From: Eledone cirrhosa
Lineage: Eukaryota
Direction: 5' to 3'
Length of the DNA stretch: 64,000 bases
NCBI GenBank assembly: GCA_964016885.1
Contig: OZ024740.1
Location: 109,616,001-109,680,000, forward strand
The first letter of the stretch is position 1. Every line of letters begins with the position of its first letter. Positions 53,958-64,000 of the stretch are shown here, one piece after another. The notes beneath the pieces are model-generated. The model made no database searches and was not told where the DNA came from. It was given only the letters and a program-made list of their open reading frames with translations. A program made the position numbers and the translations under genes.

Positions 53958-54877
53958 GCACTACCACCACCAACAACAACAGCACTACCACCACCACCAC
54001 CAACAACAACAACAGCACTACCACCACCACCAACAACAACAACAACAACAGCACTACCACCACCACCACCACCACCACCACCAACAACAACAACAGCACT
54101 ACCACCACCACCACCACCAACAGCACTACCACCACCACCACCAACAACAACAGCACTACCACCACCACCAACAACAACAGCACTACCACCACCACCACCA
54201 CCAACAACAACAACAGCACTACCACCACCAACAACAACAGCACTACAACCACCACCACCAACAACAACAACAACAGCACTACCACCACCACCACCAACAA
54301 CAACAACAGCACTACCACCACCACCAACAACAACAGCACTACCACCAACAACAACAGCACTACCACCACCAACAACAACAACAGCACTACCACCACCACC
54401 ACCAACACCAACAACAACAACAGCACTACCACCACCACCACCAACAACAATAACAGCACTACCACCACCACCACCACCACCACCAACAACAACAGCACTA
54501 CCACCACCACCAACAACAACAACAACAGCACTACCACCACCACCACCAACAACAACAACAGCACTACCACCACCACCAACAACAACAACAACAGCACTAC
54601 CACCACCACCACCAACAACAACAACAGCACTACCACCACCACCAACAACAACAACAACAGCACTACCACCACCACCACCAATAACAACAACGGCACTACC
54701 ACCACCAACAACAACAACAGCACTACCACCACCAACAACAACAACAATAGCACTACTACCATCACCACTACCAACAACAATACTACCACCACCACCGCCA
54801 TCATCAGCAGCAGCACCACCACCACCATCAACAACAACAGCACTACCACCACCACCACCATCAACAATAACACCACC

Positions 54878-54909
<32 letters not shown>

Positions 54910-55078
54910 CAACAACAGCACAACAACAACACCAGCACTACCACCACCACCACCACCACCATCAACAACAGCACTATCACTACCACCATCATCAACAACA
55001 ACAGCACTACCACCACCACCGACAACAACAACAACACCACAACCACCACCAACAACAACAACAACACCACCACCATCA
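53596..55078. repeat. ~1.5 kb compound repeat (AAC)n-AGC-ACT-(ACC)m
   Basis: Read directly; dozens of units with variable n and m. Confidence 0.95.
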
Positions 55079-56149
55079 TATGTATTTTCAGTCTAATTTT
55101 TGACATGTCAGCCACAGAAACAGTGTAACAGCAATTGTAGCACTGATTAATTAAATGGTCACATTTATAGTGTTAATTTCCAAAGTGATTAGAGTATATT
55201 TATCAGAAAATATCCCAGTGTAATTAGGGTCAATGAACAACAACTGTAGTAAACTACAGTCACCACAAAAAGGTGGACATACAGACAGACCTATGTCCAA
55301 TAAATTATTGACAACAGGGGAGTGGGGAGTGCAAGAAAGAACTAGACACACTGTTTTATTATCTGAGTAAACACATGGAGCTTCTGTGCAGTCCCTTCAC
55401 TTGCTGGAAATAGATGTGAAGTTCCCCTCAATCCACATAACCCCCATCTTAAAATTTGAACAAACATACAGACTGAACCCTCCACGTGGACAACGTAATT
55501 TGCTAGAAATAGTAGCCAAATCTTCCTCAAATAACACAACCACCATCTTTAAATCATAGCAAACCCTCAGACCTCTATGTGGCCATTTGCCTTGCTAGAA
55601 ATAGATGTTAAATCTTCCTCAAACCACACAAGCAGCAGTTTCTGAGTTCAAATCTTTCACCCTTCCAGGGTAAAAGTACCAGTATGCCCCCTTGGGAGGA
55701 CGTTTCGGAGCTCCAGGGGGGGGGGGGGGCGATTTGGAGAAAGGGGGGGGCGTTAGAGGGGTGCTGGAAGCCCCTTTAGTTTGGTAAGTTTTATAAGTCA
55801 TATTTGTACGTCTCTTAGACAGCCAGTGTGAATGCATTTGAATGAAGAAAACGAAGAAAATAAATAAAAGAAGCTTGCCAACGAATTCCCTAGGGAGATA
55901 AAAGAAAAACAAAAGAAATCAAAGAAAATGAACATAAGGACATCAACTTTAACAACAGTTACAAGAACAACTTCAACAGAAATGACAACAAAAAGAAGCA
56001 ATGGTGATGCATACGTACATACATACACACACACATATATACATACACAGGCCTGCGTTAGTGTTTGATGAGGTTGAGAACCTGGTCAGCTTTCAGCCAG
56101 AGCTGTGGTATTTAATTTCCCTAGGTAATAAAATCTATATTATTGCCTT

Positions 56150-56610
56150 TTTGTTCCGAGCAACAACAACTCCATAAAATGTAACTGTAGAATCAAATCA
56201 AACTGCCCTTTACAAAATAATTGTTTAGATAAAAATGTAGTTTATAAATACACAGTTAAAACTAGAGATAAAATATTTAACTATATTGGTGCCACTTCTA
56301 CAAAATTTAAAGAACGCTGGAATAACCATAATCATACATTTAAGAGATCTGATACAAAATCTTCTATTTCACTTTCACATCTTATATGGAATTTCAAAGG
56401 CAATAATATAGACTATTCAATATCTTGAAAACAAGTTCGAAAGCACCTGCGTACCAAAATATGGCTTTATCAAGATTCTGTAAATTGTGTATAGAAGAAA
56501 TTTTTTATGTATTAACTCTCAAAACTCTATTAATCTCAGAACGGAGTTATTTTCTTTTTCCAGACATCGCCAAAATTCCACGTTCAGAACTATTTTAAAT
56601 TTATAATATT
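56150..56610 (+). mobile_element. Penelope-like (Neptune-type) GIY-YIG fragment
   Basis: CNCRIKSNCPLQNNCLDKNVVYK...YIGATSTKFKERWNNH, homologous to 24617-24985. Confidence 0.8.
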
Positions 56611-56756
56611 CCTATAAACCTTCAAAATGATCCTATCCTCTAACAATTAAAAATTTTTAATATTTTTAATATTTTAATATTTCTAAATGTGAATATCTCT
56701 AATATTTGTAATACTTTTACCTTTCAGCAAAAATTTCTTTTAATATATATATATAT

Positions 56757-57566
56757 ATACAGACTAGAGTGTGACAAATGCAACAACTTCTACGTAGGTA
56801 GCACCACCAGACCACTCCACATAAGAATAAAAGAACACCTCAATACTAACGCTTCCTCATTTAAGAAACACCTAGTTAAATGCAAAAACACCGATAAAAC
56901 CATAACAGTTAGGATAGAAACTAAGGAAAGAAACCTCGGCAATCTTAGAATTAAGGAAGCACTTATTATAGATAAAACACATCCACCAATCAATAATAGA
57001 CTAGAGCTCAACACCCAATTTATAACCTGATAGGGCCTCTAGCCCCATATTTACACACCCCACACACACACACGCTTACACCTCCACTTATTCTCTCTCA
57101 CACATACACACACAAAACCAGTTCTAACACCAGATAACACCTACCCCCCACTTTTACGAATAGACCTATCTTCCCACACTCACACACACACACCCACATA
57201 CCTACACCTTCATGCATTCTCCCACACACATATACAGGCATGTATATAAAATAAAAACAAAAAAAAACCCCAAAACAAACCCCTCTTAAAGGGAGACTAC
57301 TCTTTATCCACCTAATTTTAATTCTTTGATATTAGAGTTAGAACAGATACTCTATACTATTTCCAGTCAGCATGGCTTGGCTAGAGATTTAAGGCGCTGG
57401 TTTGAGACCTTTATTTCCCTCCGAAGAAGAGATATTATCTCGAAAATTAAGGACATTTAAATAAATTCAAGGTAAAGGACGAATTCTCAACAATATCTTT
57501 TACTATTGCATTCTTTTTTCTATGTCCATACCTGCATTGTTTTGGCTTTATTACACATATTCAAAC

Positions 57567-57568
<2 letters not shown>
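56757..57568 (+). mobile_element. Penelope-like 3' end (different family) between (TA)n tracts
   Basis: YRLECDKCNNFYVGSTTRPLHIRIKEH...LRIKEALII...P.IN, followed by a UTR with a hammerhead-like motif. Confidence 0.85.
57418..57452 (+). ncRNA. Degenerate minimal hammerhead-like motif
   Basis: CCT-CCGAAGA-A-GAGAT(ATT)ATCTC-GAAA-ATT-A-AGG; the core reads CCGA instead of CTGA. Confidence 0.45.
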
Positions 57569-57600
<32 letters not shown>

Positions 57601-57704
57601 GAAGCAATCAACAGGTTTCCTGGAGTATAATATCAATGCATTGATATATATATATATATTATTCAAAATGTTAATAAATGAAAAATATTCTCATAATCAA
57701 AATA

Positions 57705-57773
57705 TATATTTTATTATACATATTTCAAAGGTACAATGGTGTTTATAAGTACTTTTTCATCAGACAAAATATA
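57705..57773 (-). ncRNA. Type I hammerhead ribozyme motif in a ~145 bp Penelope tail (57660-57805)
   Basis: Minus strand: TATATTTTGT-CTGATGA-AAAAGTAC(loop)GTACCTTT-GAAA-TATGTAT-A-ATAAAATATA; homolog of 22433-22499. Confidence 0.78.
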
Positions 57774-57936
57774 TGATTTGATATGTGACCGCTATGGTTT
57801 TGATTATATATATATATATATATATACAGTATTTTCCGTAGTGTTGTAATATAAATATTACACACAGTAGATGGACAGCTCACGTAGAGTTTGCTCGACG
57901 GTTCCAGTTGTAGTTCCAAAAGTAATTCGGAGAAAA

Positions 57937-58197
57937 ATAGAAGGATTTTAATGGATACAGTTTAGTTAAAAGGAATTTATTGACACGTGTTTCTATAACA
58001 GTTACATAACCTGAAAACAGCTGCTATCTACAAAGTATTAGTTATGCAGACATTCAATATTTCAATGTTAAACATTGAAATATTGAATGTCTGCATAACT
58101 AATACTTTGTAGATAGCAGCTGTTTTCAGGTTATGTAACTGTTATAGAAACACGTGTCAATAAATTCCTTTTAACTAAACTGTATCCATTAAAATCC

Positions 58198-58203
<6 letters not shown>
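57937..58203. repeat. 267 bp palindrome (133 bp arms, 1 nt spacer)
   Basis: The arms appear perfectly complementary around 58070 (ttcaatgtt-a-aacattgaa), and the repeat ends in (TA)n. Confidence 0.92.
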
Positions 58204-58251
<48 letters not shown>

Positions 58252-58296
58252 ATAATATATATATATATATATAAATGAAGTAATTATATATATTAT

Positions 58297-58344
<48 letters not shown>

Positions 58345-58553
58345 TCTTTTTTCAGTCTGGTCTACCTCTGGTGGTAGGGTCCATACCGTAGATAAAACTC
58401 AATGTAATCTTCTAAAATCCAAAGAGAAGTTCTGTTTCGCTGAATTATTCTTTAGATACAGAGTCAGATATTAGGTATTAAATTAACAATAAAAATAAAA
58501 ACAAAGTTATAAAGTAACTTGACTTTGTTCTTTTTATTTTCATTGTTAACTTG

Positions 58554-58593
<40 letters not shown>

Positions 58594-58878
58594 AATGTGC
58601 AGTGTAACAAGAAGGTTACTTCCCAACTACATATTTCCGGGTTCAGTCCCACTGCCCGGGCCAACCAAAGTCCTGCGAGTGGATTTGATAGACCGAAACT
58701 AAAAGCGCGTCGTATATATGTATATATGCCTGTGAGAGTATTTGCGTTTGTGTTTGCGCTCCCACCAATGCTTGTTGGTTTGTTGACGTCCCCATAACTT
58801 ACCAAGGTGATGCTCTAGCATGGGCGTAGTCCAGAGACAGAAAAAAAGTAAAGTATACATGTGTGTGTGTGTATAGAA

Positions 58879-59283
58879 GAGGGGTCTCAAACTCAAGGAC
58901 ACAAAATGGCTATTACGTCCTGGAGGAGAGGCACAGTGGGCCAAACGTGGTGGTGGGTGATGATTTTCACCAGTTATAATCATTTCTACTATAGGAACAA
59001 GGCATGAAATTTGGGGTTTAGGGTTCAGTAGATTACATCAATCCTAGTACACAACTGGTACTTAATCCATCGACCCCAAAAGGATGAAAGACAAAGTTGA
59101 GATCAGTGGAATTTGAACTCAGAACGTAAAAACAGAAGAAGTACTGTTAAGCATTTCGCCAGATGTGCTAACGATTTCACCAACTCACCGCCTTATTTTC
59201 AGCAGTTATAATGCAATATGAAATATTGGTTCTACCACGGGCCACAGAAAAATAGTTTGTGGGCCGCATGTTTGATCCCCCTG
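58879..59283. mobile_element. hAT-type MITE with a nested SINE
   Basis: Termini aggggtctcaaac / gtttgatccccctg. The SINE at 58981-59194 is flanked by the 18 bp direct repeat attttca(c/g)cagttataat. Confidence 0.7.
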
Positions 59284-59298
59284 TTGGAGATAGATATG

Positions 59299-62290
59299 TT
59301 TCTTTTATTTGCCACCAGGGCATCAAAAGTGGGACAAGTACAAAGGGGGGAGTTTACACAAAAAGGCGTCCTCAATAAGGAGGAGGCAATAACAAAATAT
59401 AAAAATAAAATAAAATATAACAAAAAATAAAATTTATAACAAAATCCTCAATAGAGAGGAGGCGCCTTGGGGGGTCGCACACACCCCCGAAAAAAGTGTG
59501 CAACCCTTTTCCTCAGGAGCACAGAGAGGGGGTGCTCCCTCGTTCCTTCCTCTTTTCCACCTACAGGCTTATGTCAGGCGGTAGTAGATGACGGACGCTA
59601 TGTAGGTGTTCGCCACCTCCGCCCGACCTTTCAGGGATAGTTTGCAACTGGCCCACTTCTGGGTCAGTGCAAACACCCTGTTCGTTACCTCCGCCCAGTT
59701 TTTCTCCACCTGGAGGTCCGGTCCGAACCAGACCCCGAGCAACTTCACCGGGCCCTCCGTCCAGCGTCCGACGACGCCATCGGAGGGCATCGGTCTGCCC
59801 CTCCACGTGCCGAGTTGCAAACCGATCGACTTGTCCCGGTTCAGCTTAGCCCCTGTGAACCTTTCGTACTCCTCCAGTAAGATACCGACCGCCTCGATTT
59901 CGGAGGCCGTCGAAACCATTACTGTCACGTCATCGGCGTAGGCCGACACCGCTTTCCGCAATCCGGGTTCCAAAGGGATGCCCTGCAACAACTCCAACTT
60001 CCGCAGTAGTGGCTCGAGAGTCAACACATACAGAAGGGAGGAGAGAGGGCACCCTTGTCGGATGGACCGCGCGATTTTCAACGGTTCCGAGAGGTAGCCG
60101 TTCACCTTGACCCTAGAGCAGATGCGGCTGCTGTGCATAGCAGTGATCCAGCCCCTGAAAACGGGTCCGAAGCCTGCCGCCGCTAGCACCGCATCCAGGT
60201 AACCATGGTCGACCCTATCGAACGCCTTAGATTGATCCAAGTTGATCAGAGCCCCACCAAAGCCGGGTTCGTTCCCAACCCTCTCTACGATGTATCGCAT
60301 GAGGTGGAGGTTGTCATGGATGGACCTGGACGGGATAGCGCATGTCTGCACATCTCCCACCAGGTTGCCCACGACAAGCGCCAACCTCTTTGCTAGCACC
60401 TTGGCCAAAATCTGTAACTCTGTATTTAGCAGAGTTATGGGCCTGAAGTTACTTATTTCGTCCCCCTTGTTCTCGTCCTTCCTCACTAGCGTGACTACGC
60501 CCTTGGTCACAGTACAGGGAATTCTCCCGTTCTGTTGCCAGTTGCAGTAGACCGCCTCGAGGAGATCGGGGAACAAGTCGGGCATAGCTAGATATAATTC
60601 GTAAGGAAGACCATCGAGACCAGGGGATTTGCGTTTGCCGCATTGGCTCAGCACGTCCTCTATCTCAGCGGCCGAAATCGGCTCCTCGCAGGACTTCGCC
60701 TCCCTGTCCGAGAGGCGCGGCAGGCCGTCGAGGTATGGACCGAAGTCCACGTTCCCAACCGGCTCCCCGCCCCTCCCGAACAGTCGGGCAAAGTGCCTTT
60801 GAAAGGCCTCACACATCTGCTTAGGCTCAAGAATCGCCCGTCCATCCATGTCTCGCAAAGACCGGATGGTGGATTTAGTTCCACTGTTGGCCTCTGTCAC
60901 GCGGGCCCAGCTAACAGCTTTGGTCCCCTCGTTCCCTAGAGCACGTATTTTACTTCGGACAACGCAGCCTTCGTGCTTCGCGTCGAAAAACTGGCTCAAA
61001 GCCGTTCTCGACGCTAGCACTCTGGCCACGTCGCCGCTTCTAATTGCCTCTTCTACTCTATCTATTAGCTCCCTTTCCTTCCTATTCCTATCCGCAGCTA
61101 GAACCTTACTAAATTCTATCGAGACTACTCTAATCTCTCTCTTTAGAGATACCCACCACCTGCTGTTGACGATCGCTCCAGTCAACCGTTCCTTAACTAA
61201 CGTACTAATCCGATCCCTGTAGGCTCTACTTGCCGGCAAGGACAAGTTGAGCTTCCAGTAACCGGGGCCCTGTCTATGCGTTCTATCAAGGTTGACCATG
61301 CAGGTCACCAACTTGTGGTCTGAATAGCCAACCATGAGCATTTCTGGACAACTAAAAAGTCCCTGTCCTTATTTCTAACTAAAAATCTATCTAGGTACGA
61401 CCTAGATGATCCGCTGCGATTTGACCAAGACCAGGTTGGCACCGTCGGAAAATCTAGTCGAAATCTATCGGCCAGGTCAAATCGGCCGAGTAACCCCTTG
61501 AGGCTGTTGCACCCCTCTCTATCGGGACATGCCCCTGCATAGTCCCAACGTGCATCCAGGATACCATTCCAATCCCCCACTAAAAGCAGGGAACGGGACG
61601 TCCCTAGAAAAGACTCCAGACGCTGGAAAAAGTCGGGCCGCTCAGTCCCAAAAGGGGCATATGCGGCTACCAGCCTAAAGGCTCTACCTTCACCACTGCC
61701 AAGGTCCATCACCACCAGTCGACCCCCTGGGTCCAAGTGAACTATCTGTGTTGCAAGGCCCATATGTTTTTGCAGCAGAACGACAACCCCACCCCCACCT
61801 CCGGGCTGACAGAGAGATGCGTGCATCTGAAAGTCGTCAAAGGTGGGGGCTAGCTGTCGCATGCTGCTGATCCGGGCCTCTCAGATAACCATCACATTTA
61901 TAGATTGTGACCTGAGGTCATTTAGAAGCATTGCTTGCTTCCAAGACGTGCCCAGGCCACGCGCATTTAGACACCCTACTCTTAGCACAGCCATGTTGGT
62001 GGTAAGGAGAAAAGGCACTTACCTCTCTGCGTCCCGGGAAACGGGCCGCTCAATTTCCATGCTGGTTGGGGATGGGTTGTTGGGTGGGGTGGTGGTTTGT
62101 GGAAGTGAAGGGGCATCGGTGTGTTGTGGGGTTGGGGTGTTTGTGGTTGAGTGGGTGTCTGGGTGAGGTGGGGGGTGAATTTTTTTAGGAGGACGCGGTT
62201 GATTGGTTTGGCGCAGGGGGGGGGGGGGGGGGGGCACGTCCTCCGTGAAATTTATTTTCAGTGTTTTGTACAAGTGCATTGGGACTTTTA
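59299..62290 (-). mobile_element. L1/Tx1-clade LINE (ORF1 tail, ORF2 APE-RT, deleted C-terminus, 3' UTR)
   Basis: ORF2 starts at 61994 (MAVLRVGCLNARGL) and shows GDWN, SYLD, SDH, GPGYWKLN, KSPGLDG, NFRPITLLN, LDQSKAFDRVDH, RQGCPLS and YADD. There is a premature TGA near 61882 and a frameshift near 61340. GC/CpG-rich relative to its flanks. Confidence 0.92.
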
Positions 62291-62507
62291 TCATTTTTAA
62301 ATGAGGTAGTCCCACAGCAGAAAATAAATAAAAAAATAAATAAAAAATAAAAAATAAATAAATAAAAACCCCAACAGATATATAGTAGGGAAATTTTTTA
62401 GGTGGGTTGGTAATAGAAATTAAACAATAGATAGATAGATAGACATGTACCAAACACACACACACAAACATTTCTTACTCTCTCTGTCCCTCTCTCTTTC
62501 TCTCTTC

Positions 62508-62544
<37 letters not shown>

Positions 62545-62549
<5 letters not shown>

Positions 62550-62880
62550 CACACAGTCCACGCTGTAAATGTGGCCGTGTAGGCAACACGGTAAAAACCT
62601 CCCAGCCCCACACTGTAAATGTGGTTGGTGTTAGGAAGGGCATCCAGCTGTAGAAAACCCGCCAGACAGTCCACGCTGTAATGTGGCCGTGTAGGCAACA
62701 CGGTAAAAACCTCCCAGCCCCACACTGTAAATGTGGTTGGTGTTAGGAAGGGCATCCAACTGTAGAAAACCCGCCAGACAGTCCTATGCGAGCAAGACAA
62801 CCACTCTTGCCTCAAGTGGGAAAACCCCCGTCCAAACCCATGCAAGCGTGGAACACGGACGCTAAACCTGATGATGATAT
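62545..62880 (+). mobile_element. RTE-tail/SINE 3' segment with an internal ~120 bp tandem duplication
   Basis: acagtccacgctgtaa...gaaaacccgccagacagtcc occurs twice; same subfamily as 2180-2410 on the opposite strand. Confidence 0.75.
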
Positions 62881-63788
62881 ATATAGCGTTGTTATTTGGT
62901 GTTGTTGAAAAGAGCAGTGGCCTTTGACCTGGCAATAAAAACTGGAGACAAAATTCTTTCTGTACCAAAACCAAGGCACACACACACAAGTTTGTGTGTG
63001 TGTATGTATGTGTGTGTGTGTGTGTGTGTGTGCGTTTATGTGTGTGTGTGTGTATCTATCTATCTATGTATATATATATATAAGGGATACAGATAATGCT
63101 TTTTCATTATCACCAATCTTCTCCTTTCATTCGTTGCTACTAAGTATTTTATTTTGCTACGAGGTATTTTATTTTTCAAGGTACTATTTTTCCCCTGAGT
63201 TTGTGATTTCAGAGAAAGGTAAGAAATTCTTCATATTTTGCATCTTTTGTATTTTGATTTTACAGTTTGAATTGTAGAATTGTCTATCTACTCAAAATAT
63301 TACAACAGCTAACAGTGAAATATAGAATTTAAAAAAAAGCTTTTTCGACTGAGATCAAATCTTTGAGAACATTCACGTCCATTTCTCAAAAAACGTGGTT
63401 GGTGTTAGGAAGGCATCCAGCCGTAGAATACCTGCCAGACAGCCCTATACGAACGAGACATGGTCACTCGACCAATCTTGCCTCAAGTAGGACAATTCCC
63501 GTCTAAACCCATGCTAGCGTGGAAGATAGACATTAAACGTTGATGATGATAATGATGATGATATAATTTGAAATAACTTGCTTTAGTTTTGGACTGAAAC
63601 TTTTTTGTATTTAATTTGTACGAGTATTTTTTTAAAGATTCTAACATAACTTGATTTGGCCCAGTAATCTACTGATATCAAAATCAGTATTATATTGAAA
63701 AATGGAAAAATTGGGTAGGAGGGCGTTTCGTGATTTCGAGGGGCAAAAAGGGGCGTTTGGCCGAAATGGGTTGAGAACCTTTGTGTTA

Positions 63789-63965
63789 GAGAAATATAAC
63801 CAGTTCTATGATCTGTCAAAGAACCATGACCAGTTCTATGATCTGTCAGAGAACTATGAAGAGTTCTATGATCTGTCAGAGAATTATGACCAGTTCTATG
63901 ACCTGTCCAATGACTATGAATTGTTCTATGATCTGCCAAAGAACTATGACTGGTTCTATGATCAC
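63789..63965. repeat. 30 bp minisatellite x ~6
   Basis: agaactatgaccagttctatgatctgtcag units. Confidence 0.9.
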
Positions 63966-64000
63966 ATCATAGACATTGAATAGTAATGTTTTGGCAGAAG

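Noticed and set aside
53575-54921. 448 aa poly-Leu/Val ORF
   Set aside because: Translation of a trinucleotide repeat array, with no splice or homology support.
55690-55790. G-run cluster as a G-quadruplex or regulatory element (also 62215-62235)
   Set aside because: Looks like homopolymer inflation in low-quality long-read consensus, so it cannot be trusted.
63702-63983. ORF with repeated NYDQFYDLSE decapeptide
   Set aside because: A 30 bp minisatellite fused to a DNA-transposon end; no gene context.
34031-64000. Search for the upstream SelJ exon ending TGA-G or TGY-G|gt (candidates near 41020, 45880 and 55262)
   Set aside because: The candidates lie in repeats or translate to unrelated peptides. 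The exon probably lies beyond the window, though I may have missed it by eye.

Overview
Eukaryotic, AT-rich, repeat-saturated DNA. The SINE/RTE/Penelope/microsatellite landscape resembles an octopod cephalopod genome (inference). The only host gene I can support is on the minus strand: the last two coding exons (34030-33891 and 19028-18930) of a selenoprotein J / J1-crystallin-like member of the ADP-ribosylglycohydrolase superfamily. They are separated by a ~14.9 kb intron. The preceding exon, which would carry the Sec/Cys codon, was not found in the 30 kb upstream. The rest is transposon-derived: a full-length but decayed CsRn1-type Gypsy element plus a divergent solo LTR (all three LTRs end TG...AA, not TG...CA), a Neptune-type Penelope-like element and several Penelope 3' ends carrying hammerhead ribozyme motifs, four fold-back hairpins that look like snapped-back Penelope tails, an RTE LINE with a PHD finger inside its RT, a Tx1/L1 LINE, Chapaev-like, hAT, Tc1/mariner-pogo and piggyBac-type DNA elements, many SINEs, and long simple or minisatellite repeats. 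No tRNA/rRNA genes, CRISPR arrays or convincing SECIS element were seen. All calls are by eye, and TE boundaries without a TSD are approximate.
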